A stretch of DNA of 64,000 nt from Polyangiales bacterium (GTDB lineage Bacteria; Myxococcota_A; Polyangia; Polyangiales; Houyiibacteriaceae): contig JBARTN010000008.1 of NCBI GenBank assembly GCA_049645265.1, positions 33,036-97,035 of the forward strand, read 5' to 3'. A model generated the notes under the pieces. It was not told the DNA's origin, did no database searches, and saw only the letters and a program-made list of their open reading frames with translations. How positions within the stretch are numbered: position 1 is the first letter of the stretch; every line of letters starts with the position of its first letter. The position numbers were made by a program, and so were the translations under genes. This document shows, piece by piece, positions 50,646-59,590 of the stretch.

Positions 50646-53297
50646 ATGCGCTTTGCCGTTCGTCGAGAGGATCGCAGGAACCTGGCCGTGGGCTTCATCG
50701 GCTTGCTGGCGATCATGGCTGCGCATTCGGTCATGGAGACGGCGCGCGACACGCTGTTTCTGACGAGCTTGCCGGCGGACCATCTGCCACGCGCCTATCT
50801 GGCCATTGCCGTGCTCGCGATCCTCGAGCTGAAGTTCCACGAGCAGGTGCTTCGTCACGTGCGGGATCGAAGACTGCTTTTGTCAGCGTCCCTCGTTTTC
50901 GGCGCCATCGTGACGCTTGGTTTCTGGGCGCTCCTCGATGAGCTTGGCGCCTGGGCGCCATTCGGCTTTTATGTTTGGACCGGGTTGCTGATCACGGTCG
51001 TGCTGATCGAGTTCTGGCTTCTGCTCGACGACGCGGTGACCGTGACGCAGGCGAAGCGCATTTTTCCCGCGATTGCAGCTGGCGGCGTGACCGGCGCCAC
51101 ACTGGGGTCCCTGCTTTCGGAGAGCGTGCTCCGACTCGCTCCGCCCGTCGCGCTGGTCTTCACAGCCGCAGTGGTTTTGGCGCTAGCCGCAACGACGCCG
51201 ATTCTCTGGAAGACGTCGAACGCGCCGATTGCGGAACCTCCCAGTTCCGAACGAGGGCCCGCTCTGCGCTGGCTACTTCGGGACAGTTATCTCACCCGCG
51301 TCCTTGCCTTCGTCTTGATGGGGACGATCGCGCTCACCATCGTCGACTTCATCTTCAAGAGTACGGTCGCTGCCCAGATCGCACCGGCAGGGCTCGGCCC
51401 GTTCTTCGCGCGCTTCTACCTCGGCTTGAACAGCGTGGCGTTGCTGGTGCAGCTCATCGGCGCGGGCTGGCTCTTGCGGGCCTTCGGCGCCCACCGGAGC
51501 TCTGCCCTGCTTCCAGTATTGATCTTCGGCGGCGCGCTCGGCCTGGTGCTCGGTCCGATTCTGCCCTTTGCGGTGGCACTCAAGGCGGTCGATGGGAGCC
51601 TGCGGCACACGCTCTATCGAAGCGCGATCGAGGTGCTCTATCTGCCGCTCGACAGCCGGCGGCGCGAGCGAGCCAAAGGCCTCATCGAGGTGTTCGGACA
51701 TCGCGTCGGGCAAGCGCTGGCATCTTTGCTCATCATCGCGGCGGTCGGCGTAGGCTTAACGACCCGCCAGCTTGCTCTGTCACTGCTGTTTCTCGTGGTC
51801 GGCTGGCTCGTAGCGATCATGTCGACGCGCCGTCAGTATGTCGATCAGTTTCGCGCTCGCCTCCGGCACGGCGTCATCGATACGCGGCTCGAGCTCGAGG
51901 AGCTGGATCGGCATTCGCTCGACGTTCTGCTCAGCGCCTTGAACAGCGATCAAGATGCGGAAGTCCTCGCGGCGATTGACATCTTCGATCGACACGGAAG
52001 AACCGACTCGATGCCGGTCCTGCTCCTCTATCATCCGTCGGTCGAAGTGCGGAGCCGTGCGCTCGAAGCGTTCGTAGAAGCCTCGGATCTGCGATTCATT
52101 CCGGTCGCGCGACGCATGCTCTCGGACGAGGAGCCGGACATCCGGGCGGCAGCGCTCCGCGCGCTGACCGCCGCCAATCCGAATCGAAAGCTCCTCGAAG
52201 AAAATCTCGATGTCGAAGCCTCGATCGTTCAGGCCACCGCGCTGGTTGGTCTGCTCGGAATGAACGATGGACAGGGAAATGGCAGCGGGGTGTCGGCAGC
52301 GAAGTTGGACGAATGGATCGGCTCGGGAAACCCCCACACGCAGTCATCCCTTGCTCGCGCGATTCGACACGAGGGCGGGCCAGTCTTCCACGAAACCCTG
52401 ATCAAGCTCATCGCGAGCGATGACGACTCGGTACGCTTGGAGACCCTGCGCGCCATGGAGGGAAGCCCAGATCCCCGATATTTGCCACATCTCCTGCCGC
52501 TGTTGGGAAGCTCCGATCTGCGTGCACAGGCGCGCAAAGCCGTGCTGGCGATTGGACCCAAGGCCTTGGCAGCGCTCGAAGAGGCGCTTGCAGACCCGTC
52601 CACGCCCCGGAAGGTACGCCGTCGAATTCCACATACGATCATCCTCTTCGATCCGCAGGAAGCTGCCGACATTCTGCTGCGACAGTTGGAGCTGGAGCGC
52701 GAAGGCGGTGTTCGCTTGAGGATCCTTCGCGCCCTGGGACGTTTGCAAGCAAGCCACCCGTCGACGGTTCTCGACGACGCGCTCTTGCAGGAACAGCTTC
52801 GCGCGAGCTTGATGCGGGTCGTGCACATTCTTCAGTGGCGCGCGGCAATCGAAGGTGACGGCAACATGGAAACGTCCGATGCCGAGCTCTTGCGTGTCGC
52901 GCTTCAAGACAAGGAACGGGCAACCCTCGAGCGGGCATTCTCGCTGATGGGCCTGAGGCATCCCCAAGAGAACTTCGCCTTGGTTTGGCGAGGGGTGACG
53001 AGCGAGAACAACAGGCTACAAGCGGCGAGCTACGAAGTGTTGGAAGCGACACTGCCTGGCTCTTTTCGTGAAGCCGTGCTCGTCATCGTCGACGACGGAG
53101 AGCCGCCTGCGCGACGAGCGCGGCTTGCGGCAGCTGCGCTCGGCGCAACGCTCCGCTCGACGTCCCGGCAGGAAGCGATGGAGCAGATGATGCAGGACCA
53201 GAGCGAAGTCATCCGCGGGATCGCGACGCACCATGCCGCAGAGCTTGGCGAGCGCGTTCCTTCGAGCGCAGCGCAGGAGGCGCAGAATCGTGTCTGA
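50646..53297 (+). CDS. TLC/MFS-like (ATP/ADP-translocase-type) transporter fused to C-terminal HEAT repeats
   Basis: About 400 aa with 11-12 TM helices; the N-terminus reads LAVGFIGLLAIMAAHSVMETARDTLFLTSLP. About 480 aa of HEAT-like repeats follow (DAEVLAAIDIF, SVEVRSRALEAF, EPDIRAAALRAL, DDSVRLETLRAM). Confidence 0.72.
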   Translation: MRFAVRREDRRNLAVGFIGLLAIMAAHSVMETARDTLFLTSLPADHLPRAYLAIAVLAILELKFHEQVLRHVRDRRLLLSASLVFGAIVTLGFWALLDELGAWAPFGFYVWTGLLITVVLIEFWLLLDDAVTVTQAKRIFPAIAAGGVTGATLGSLLSESVLRLAPPVALVFTAAVVLALAATTPILWKTSNAPIAEPPSSERGPALRWLLRDSYLTRVLAFVLMGTIALTIVDFIFKSTVAAQIAPAGLGPFFARFYLGLNSVALLVQLIGAGWLLRAFGAHRSSALLPVLIFGGALGLVLGPILPFAVALKAVDGSLRHTLYRSAIEVLYLPLDSRRRERAKGLIEVFGHRVGQALASLLIIAAVGVGLTTRQLALSLLFLVVGWLVAIMSTRRQYVDQFRARLRHGVIDTRLELEELDRHSLDVLLSALNSDQDAEVLAAIDIFDRHGRTDSMPVLLLYHPSVEVRSRALEAFVEASDLRFIPVARRMLSDEEPDIRAAALRALTAANPNRKLLEENLDVEASIVQATALVGLLGMNDGQGNGSGVSAAKLDEWIGSGNPHTQSSLARAIRHEGGPVFHETLIKLIASDDDSVRLETLRAMEGSPDPRYLPHLLPLLGSSDLRAQARKAVLAIGPKALAALEEALADPSTPRKVRRRIPHTIILFDPQEAADILLRQLELEREGGVRLRILRALGRLQASHPSTVLDDALLQEQLRASLMRVVHILQWRAAIEGDGNMETSDAELLRVALQDKERATLERAFSLMGLRHPQENFALVWRGVTSENNRLQAASYEVLEATLPGSFREAVLVIVDDGEPPARRARLAAAALGATLRSTSRQEAMEQMMQDQSEVIRGIATHHAAELGERVPSSAAQEAQNRV

Positions 53298-54225
53298 AGA
53301 AGCCCTCCAAGCAGAACAAATGGACCGTTTTCAGCGTTTCTTGTTCCTTCGAACCATGCCGGCGCTCGCCGAGGTGCCCGCCGAAGTCACGCAGGTCGTC
53401 GCGGCCAACACGCGTGAACGCTTATTTGCAAAGGGAGAATACCTCTACCGAACGGGGGTTCCCGCGATGGAGGTTCAATACGTGGTGAGCGGCGAGTGCG
53501 AGATCATCCGCAATGGAAGAGCGGTGCGCCGTTTGGGTTCGCGTAGCGTGGTCGGTGGCGTGAGCGCACTTGCAGGTGATGAGCTCGGTTACGATTGTGT
53601 TGCCCTCGAAGACATGGTCACGCTCGCCATTACGGTCGAAGACTCACAAGAGATCTTCGAGGATCATTTCGTCTTGTTGAAGCGCGTGCTCCGAGGAACG
53701 AGTCGTGAGGTGTTGGAGTCGCGACGCAAGCTCGGCACGACCGCGGGTTTTGGGCCCGTGTCGGAGCCTTTTGCCTTTCCGGATCGACCTTTCGATCTCG
53801 TCGAACGGATGGCGTTTCTCCGAAAGACGTTTTCGTTCGGCGACAGCGAGATCGACGCAATCGCCGACCTGGCCCGGGACGTACAAGAAGTTCACCTTCC
53901 GAAAGGCGAAGTTCTCTGGAACATCGGCGATCGAAGCAGCTATTTTCTGCTCCCGCTCCGTGGCATCGTGGATTGCCGCGCTACAGATCCGGATCAGCAG
54001 TTCCAGTTGGGTCCCGGCGACTCCGTAGGCGCCATCGACGCCATGGCCGACGAGCGCCGCTGGTTCCGCGCCGAAGTCGCCGAAGACCTGGTCGCCTTCC
54101 GCATCGACCTGGAGCTCCTCCTCGAAGTCCTGGAGGACCACTTCACCATGTCCATGTCCTTCCTCCGAGGACTCGCCAGTGGCATCCTCCACCTCTACGA
54201 TCAGGGACTCTCTCTACCCCCCTAA
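53290..54225 (+). CDS. tandem cyclic-nucleotide-binding-like (CAP beta-barrel) domain protein with no output domain
   Basis: Two repeats follow the CAP-family pattern: (1) LFAKGEYLYRTGVPAMEVQYVVSGECEI and (2) LPKGEVLWNIGDRSSYFLLPLRGIVD. The start is GTG 53290 (overlapping the upstream stop) or ATG 53320. Confidence 0.72.
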   Translation: MSEEALQAEQMDRFQRFLFLRTMPALAEVPAEVTQVVAANTRERLFAKGEYLYRTGVPAMEVQYVVSGECEIIRNGRAVRRLGSRSVVGGVSALAGDELGYDCVALEDMVTLAITVEDSQEIFEDHFVLLKRVLRGTSREVLESRRKLGTTAGFGPVSEPFAFPDRPFDLVERMAFLRKTFSFGDSEIDAIADLARDVQEVHLPKGEVLWNIGDRSSYFLLPLRGIVDCRATDPDQQFQLGPGDSVGAIDAMADERRWFRAEVAEDLVAFRIDLELLLEVLEDHFTMSMSFLRGLASGILHLYDQGLSLPP

Positions 54226-54256
54226 CCCCCCGGGATCACAGCGCTCCCCCGGCAAA

Positions 54257-54293
54257 GATCGCAACCATTGATTGTGATCTTTGTTTTGTTTTC
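54257..54293 (+). terminator. rho-independent terminator after the cNMP-domain gene
   Basis: Stem gatcgcaa/ttgtgatc (8 bp, one G-U pair), 7-nt loop ccattga, followed by tttgttttgtttt. Confidence 0.6.
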
Positions 54294-54340
54294 CTTTTGT
54301 TTTCAGAGGGTTGGGAGGGGGGAGAGTGTCCCTCTTGTAA

Positions 54341-54363
54341 CTGGTTTTTTGTTCAGTATACTG
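54341..54363. promoter_or_regulatory. candidate SOS (LexA-type) operator upstream of imuA
   Basis: CTGgttttttgttCAG has CTG-N10-CAG spacing and contains GTTCAG. It overlaps the perfect palindrome CAGTATACTG at 54354-54363. It lies 10-32 nt upstream of the imuA ATG. Confidence 0.3.
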
Positions 54364-54372
54364 GGTGGTCCC

Positions 54373-55005
54373 ATGGCTTTCGGGACTGTCATCGATTTCG
54401 AGGCTCGGCATGTTCGAGCCAAAGCTTTGCCGCTCTCGGAGCTCTTGCCTCGGGGACGGCTGGTCGAGGTCTCGGGGCGGCATGCCTGTGCACGGACGAC
54501 GACAGCCGTATCCTGCGTGATCCAAGCGCAGGCGCACGCCGAGTTGGTCGCCTGGGTACAGCCCAAAGACGGCGCCTTGTTTCCTCCCGACCTCGACGCG
54601 GCGGGAGTCGACCTCGGTTCGTTCATCGTGATCCACGTGCCGCGTCATGCAGGTCCGTTCGCATTGGTTCGCGCTGCCGAATGGCTTGCGCGTTCCGGTG
54701 CGTTCGGCTTGACGGTCATCGACCTCAGCGATGCGCTCCCTCCGGGCTCTTCAGTCAACTGGCAAGGTCGTCTTCAAGGCCTCTTGCGTCAGTACGACGG
54801 ACGCATTCTCTTGCTCACTTCAAACGCATGCGAAGAACCTTCCTCGGGTCCTTTGGTTGGCTTACGCGTCGAGCCGCAACGCGGTCCTCTTCACGCCGAT
54901 CGTTTCGAAGTTCACACACATGTTCTCAAAGACAAAGTCGGAATCGCCGCCGAACTTTCATCGATCAACCCAGTCGCTCCATCCGGTTTGCGAGGCAGGT
55001 CATGA
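54373..55005 (+). CDS. imuA: ImuA-like (RecA/SulA-fold) translesion-synthesis accessory protein
   Basis: It is the first gene of an imuA-imuB-dnaE2 arrangement and ATGA-coupled to imuB. RecA-core-like strands LVEVSGRHACARTT and FGLTVIDL. Start set at ATG 54373. Confidence 0.62.
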   Translation: MAFGTVIDFEARHVRAKALPLSELLPRGRLVEVSGRHACARTTTAVSCVIQAQAHAELVAWVQPKDGALFPPDLDAAGVDLGSFIVIHVPRHAGPFALVRAAEWLARSGAFGLTVIDLSDALPPGSSVNWQGRLQGLLRQYDGRILLLTSNACEEPSSGPLVGLRVEPQRGPLHADRFEVHTHVLKDKVGIAAELSSINPVAPSGLRGRS

Positions 55006-56483
55006 AGCGAGTGTGCTGTGTTCTTTTGCCAATGCTGCCATTGCAAATTCTGTTGCGTAAAAAGCCAAACTGGAGCACTGCGCCTGTTGCCGTCGTCGAT
55101 GACGAAGGCCCGAACGGTCGCATCACACACCTCAACGCGCTTTCAAAAAAGAGCCGCCTTCGCATCGGCATGCGTCAAACCGTCGCGCGTGATCTCCTTC
55201 CGAACCTGCACACCGCCGTCGTTTTGCCCGAGGAAGTCTCGGAAGTCAGCCGCGAGCTGATCGGAGCGCTTCAAACCTTCTCGCCCCGGGTCGAAGCGCT
55301 CGATCAGGCCGGCGCGTTTCAGCTCGATCCCGAAGGCCTCCGGCGACTTTATGGCGGCTATCACAACTGGGCGAGCTCCATTCATCGATATTTGCGTGCC
55401 CGGCACTGGCTCACCTCGGTGACGGTAGGCTTTCATCGCCAGCGAGCGCTCGCGGTCGCGATGGCGCAGGTCGGGGTCTGCATCTCGAAGAGCGCCGATG
55501 AGGAGCGCGAACGTTCGAACAAAACCGCACTTCGTGAATTCGATCTACCCGGAGAGCTCTGCGAAAGCCTTGGCGCATTGGGTATCGAAACGCTCAGCGA
55601 TTTTCTCGCCGTGCCTGCAGGAGAGCTGCTGAGCCGTTTCGGCGTGCGTGCAAGCGCGCTTCACGACTCGTTTGCCGACGACATGCAACTCCCGATTCAG
55701 CCACACGTCTTCGACGAGCCAGCCCGCATCTCTTTTCAAGTCGATCCACCCGACAAAGATCAAACCCGCTTGCTGTTTGCAATCAAAGGTGCCTTGCACT
55801 CCTTGCTGCATCAGGTGCGCGCGCGCGGAGAATCCATCCAAGCTCTCGAGCTTTCACTCCATTTGGAACGTGCGCCCCTGCATCAAGAACAAATCGAGGC
55901 GGCTTCGCCGACCTTGGATCTGATGTTGTTGCTCGAGCTCATTCGTCTTCGCCTCGGCGAACGGAGCTTGCAAGGCGCAGTCGAAGAAGTGGAGGTCTTT
56001 GCAAAGACGGTGCGCGCACAGGCGGAGCAAGTTGTGCTCCCCGGTCATCAACCCCGTCGCGACATGAGAGCTGCACATCGTGCGCTCGACCGGGTTCGTG
56101 CAACCTACGGCGAACAGTCCGTGACAAAGGCACGCCTGCGCGAAGCGCATTTGCCGGAGGCCTCCTTTCTTTGGGAGCCCATTCAGCACGCGCGACTCGG
56201 CGAGCAATCCGAGGCAGCGCCAATTTCATCCATGGTTCGGAGGGTTTATGCTCGGCCCAAGCCCCTTCCTCCACGTGTGCCGAAGGAGCCCCAGGCGGGT
56301 CCTTCGCTCGCGAAAGACCATGCGATCGAGCACATGTACGGGCCGTACCGCGTGAGCGGTGGCTGGTGGAAGCGCCTCGTCGAACGCGACTACTACTACG
56401 CCGAAACCGATCACGGCGACTTGCTCTGGCTCTTCTATGACCGTCCGAGGAGGCGCTGGTTCTTGCACGGGGTGCTCGATTGA
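55002..56483 (+). CDS. imuB: ImuB, Y-family-polymerase-like protein
   Basis: N-terminus MKRVCCVLLPMLPLQILLR and IGMRQTVARDLLP. It sits between imuA and dnaE2, and dnaE2 starts immediately after its stop. Confidence 0.8.
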   Translation: MKRVCCVLLPMLPLQILLRKKPNWSTAPVAVVDDEGPNGRITHLNALSKKSRLRIGMRQTVARDLLPNLHTAVVLPEEVSEVSRELIGALQTFSPRVEALDQAGAFQLDPEGLRRLYGGYHNWASSIHRYLRARHWLTSVTVGFHRQRALAVAMAQVGVCISKSADEERERSNKTALREFDLPGELCESLGALGIETLSDFLAVPAGELLSRFGVRASALHDSFADDMQLPIQPHVFDEPARISFQVDPPDKDQTRLLFAIKGALHSLLHQVRARGESIQALELSLHLERAPLHQEQIEAASPTLDLMLLLELIRLRLGERSLQGAVEEVEVFAKTVRAQAEQVVLPGHQPRRDMRAAHRALDRVRATYGEQSVTKARLREAHLPEASFLWEPIQHARLGEQSEAAPISSMVRRVYARPKPLPPRVPKEPQAGPSLAKDHAIEHMYGPYRVSGGWWKRLVERDYYYAETDHGDLLWLFYDRPRRRWFLHGVLD

Positions 56484-59400
56484 ATGAGCACTTACGTTCC
56501 GTTGTGGGTCAAGAGCAACCATAGCTTTTTGGAAGGCGCATCCTTTCCCGAAGAGCTCGTCGAACGCGCACATGCGCTTGGCCTTCCCGCAGTGGCGATC
56601 ACCGATCGCGTCGGAGTATACGGCCTAGTACGCGCGCAGATGCGAGCCAAAGATCTCGGGGTTCGCATCGTGACTGGAGCCCAGATCATGGTCGAGATCG
56701 AAGGGCATGCACAGCATGTCGTGGCGCTCGCCAAGACGCGACGCGGATACGCTGATCTCTGCAGAGTCTTGTCACTCGGGCACGCCCGCTGTGAAAAGGG
56801 CGCTTCTCTCATTCACAGCGAAGAGCTCGATCCACTGCGCGATTTGTTTTTTCTCTCCGAAAGGCCCGAAGCCTTGCGTGCCTTACATTCGAGTCATGGT
56901 CCTTCGTCGGTTTTTGCTCTTTGCGCTCGTCATCTAAGCGATCACGAGAAGCCGAAAGAGAAAGCCCTGCGCTCCGTCGCAAGAGAGCTCGCAGTCCAGA
57001 CGGTAGGCGTCAACGAAGTCCTCTATCACGACAAGCTACGGCGCCCTCTACAAGACGTTTTATCCTGTATTCGATGGGGAAAAGTGCTCTCCGAGGCCGG
57101 GCACACGATCTACGCAAACGCAGAACACGACCTCAAACCCGCTCAGGAGCTCGAACGTCTCTTTGCAGACGACCCTGCATGCCTTCGTCGTACGCTCGAG
57201 ATCGCCGAGCAGTGCACGTTCAGTCTCGACGACCTTCGTTATCGATATCCCGAAGAGAATCTTCCTTCGGGGCACAGTGAACAGGGCTGGCTACGCGAAC
57301 TCACCTTTCGTGGCGCGCGCACACGTTATCAAGGCAAGGTGCCTTCCGACGTTCGTACACAGATCGAACGCGAGCTTCAAATCATCCGCAAGCTGGACTA
57401 CGGCGGTTACTTCCTCACGATGTACGAGATCGTCCAGTACTGCCGTCAGCAAAACATCTTGTGCCAAGGGCGCGGCAGCGCAGCTAACAGTGCCGTGTGT
57501 TTTTGTCTGGGCATCACCGCAATCGATCCCGTGCGCATGGATTTGTTGTTCGAACGTTTCTTGAGCGTCGAGCGAGCCGAGCCTCCGGACATCGATCTCG
57601 ACATCGAGCACGAGCGCCGTGAAGAAGTCATTCAACACGTTTACGAGAAGTACGGACGCCGCCATGCTGCGATGGTCGCAAACATCGTTCGCTATCGCAT
57701 TCGTTCCGCGGTCCGCGATGTCGGCAAGGTGCTCGGCTTGGCCCGAACGGATCTGGAAACCGCGACACGACTGCTGAGGCATCGCGACGACACCTTCAAC
57801 CCCGAGCTCCTTCGTGAAGCTGGCCTCGACAAGGACGCGCCGGCTACTCAACAGCTCTGGTCATTGGCAACGCAAGTGCTCGATTTTCCAAGGCATTTGT
57901 CGGTTCACCCAGGTGGCTTTCTGCTCGGACACCGGCCGGTCGACGAGATCGTCCCGATCGAGCCGGCCAGTATGGAGGCCCGCACCGTCATCCAGTGGGA
58001 CAAGTACGACGTCGACAATCTGGCCCTGTTCAAGGTCGATCTCTTGGGCCTCGGAGTGCTCAGCTGCATTCACCGTACGTTTGATCTGCTGCGCGAGCAC
58101 AAAGGTCAAGACCTCGAGATCGCAACCGTCCCTGCCGAAGACGAAGCCACGTACGAGATGGTGTCTAAAGGCGACACGGTTGGCGTCTTCCAAATCGAAA
58201 GCCGTGCGCAAATGGCGATGCTGCCACGGCTTCAACCCAGGACCTTCTACGACTTGGTGATCGAAGTTGCGATCGTGCGGCCTGGTCCGATTCAAGGTGA
58301 CATGGTGCATCCGTACTTGCGTCGGCGGAAGGGCGAAGAAGAAGTCGACTATCCGCACCCGAAGTTGGAGCGCATCTTGAAGAAGACGCTCGGCGTTCCG
58401 ATCTTCCAAGAGCAAGTCATGAAGCTAGCCGTCGAAGCCGCTGGTTACACCGCGGGCGAAGCCGATCAGTTGCGCCGTGACATGGCCGCATGGCGAAAGT
58501 CCGGTCGCATCGAGAAGCACCGCGCGCGCATGGTCCCTCGGATGCTCGAAGAAGGCATCCCCGAGGAGTTTGCGGAGCGCGTGTTCTCGCAGATTCGCGG
58601 CTTTGGTGAGTACGGCTTTCCCGAGAGTCATGCCGCGTCGTTTGCTTTGCTCGCCTACGTCACCGCCTGGCTGCGACGTCACCACCACGAGACGTTCACC
58701 TGCGCGATGCTGAATGCCCAGCCAATGGGCTTCTACAGCCCGGCCACCCTGGTCGAAGACGCCAAGCGGCACGGGGTCGAGGTCCGGCCGATCGACATCA
58801 ACAAAAGCAGCTGGGACTGCACGTTATTCCCGATAGACAGCAAGAAGGGGCGAAGCCCCGTGGACGACGCAAAGCGTCGTCTTTACGGGGTGCGGATGGG
58901 GCTGCGATACGTGAAGGGGCTCGGAGTGCTCGAGCGCGAACGCATCGAGGCGACGGAGCCGCCACTGCCAAACCTAGCGACCTTCGTTCGCCAGACCGGG
59001 CTCAACAAGAAGGCCCTGCACGCGCTGGCCGAAGCAGGCGCCTTCGAGTGCTTCGGGCTCAACCGGCGCGATGCGATTTGGCAGGTGCGAAGCCTGTCGC
59101 GTTTCGCACAGGATTCCTTGCCGCTCGAACCGGCGTCGAGTCAGATTTCATTTGCCTCCTTGGCAAGCGAGGACGAGGTGATCTGGGATTACCGCTCGAG
59201 TCATCACAGCACGCGCGGCCATCCCATGAGAGGGCTTCGCGGCGCGCTTCGTTCACGAGGCATCCCCGAAGCAAGCCGAATCCACGGCTGCGGACACGGG
59301 GACGAGCTCGATTACGTCGGCATGGTGATCTGCCGCCAGCGTCCGGGCACGGCATCCGGCGTCACTTTCTTCACTCTCGAAGACGAAACCGGCTTCGTCA

Positions 59401-59582
59401 ACGTGGTCGTCTGGAAGCAGGTCTTCGACCGCCACGCTGCGCTCGCCAAAACCGCTGCCTTGCTCGGCGTGACCGGCGAGATTCAAAGAGCCGATGGCGT
59501 CATTCACCTGATCGCGAAGTCGCTATGGGCGCCGGACATTTCACTCGCCGAGCAAACCCATCGCTCCCGAGACTTCCACTGA
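56484..59582 (+). CDS. dnaE2: error-prone DNA polymerase DnaE2 (ImuC)
   Basis: PHP domain N-terminus YVPLWVKSNHSFLEGAS, the pol III alpha core (GRGSAANSAVCFCLGIT, PDIDLDIEHERREEV, GVFQIESRAQM) and a C-terminal OB fold. The length is 1,032 aa. Confidence 0.95.
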   Translation: MSTYVPLWVKSNHSFLEGASFPEELVERAHALGLPAVAITDRVGVYGLVRAQMRAKDLGVRIVTGAQIMVEIEGHAQHVVALAKTRRGYADLCRVLSLGHARCEKGASLIHSEELDPLRDLFFLSERPEALRALHSSHGPSSVFALCARHLSDHEKPKEKALRSVARELAVQTVGVNEVLYHDKLRRPLQDVLSCIRWGKVLSEAGHTIYANAEHDLKPAQELERLFADDPACLRRTLEIAEQCTFSLDDLRYRYPEENLPSGHSEQGWLRELTFRGARTRYQGKVPSDVRTQIERELQIIRKLDYGGYFLTMYEIVQYCRQQNILCQGRGSAANSAVCFCLGITAIDPVRMDLLFERFLSVERAEPPDIDLDIEHERREEVIQHVYEKYGRRHAAMVANIVRYRIRSAVRDVGKVLGLARTDLETATRLLRHRDDTFNPELLREAGLDKDAPATQQLWSLATQVLDFPRHLSVHPGGFLLGHRPVDEIVPIEPASMEARTVIQWDKYDVDNLALFKVDLLGLGVLSCIHRTFDLLREHKGQDLEIATVPAEDEATYEMVSKGDTVGVFQIESRAQMAMLPRLQPRTFYDLVIEVAIVRPGPIQGDMVHPYLRRRKGEEEVDYPHPKLERILKKTLGVPIFQEQVMKLAVEAAGYTAGEADQLRRDMAAWRKSGRIEKHRARMVPRMLEEGIPEEFAERVFSQIRGFGEYGFPESHAASFALLAYVTAWLRRHHHETFTCAMLNAQPMGFYSPATLVEDAKRHGVEVRPIDINKSSWDCTLFPIDSKKGRSPVDDAKRRLYGVRMGLRYVKGLGVLERERIEATEPPLPNLATFVRQTGLNKKALHALAEAGAFECFGLNRRDAIWQVRSLSRFAQDSLPLEPASSQISFASLASEDEVIWDYRSSHHSTRGHPMRGLRGALRSRGIPEASRIHGCGHGDELDYVGMVICRQRPGTASGVTFFTLEDETGFVNVVVWKQVFDRHAALAKTAALLGVTGEIQRADGVIHLIAKSLWAPDISLAEQTHRSRDFH

Positions 59583-59590
59583 GCTTTCGG

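Noticed and set aside
54268-54372. ATG 54268 as the imuA start (MIVIFVLFSFCFQ...).
   Set aside because: That stretch is the T-rich terminator tail and AT-rich promoter region. The conserved ImuA-like sequence begins at ATG 54373.
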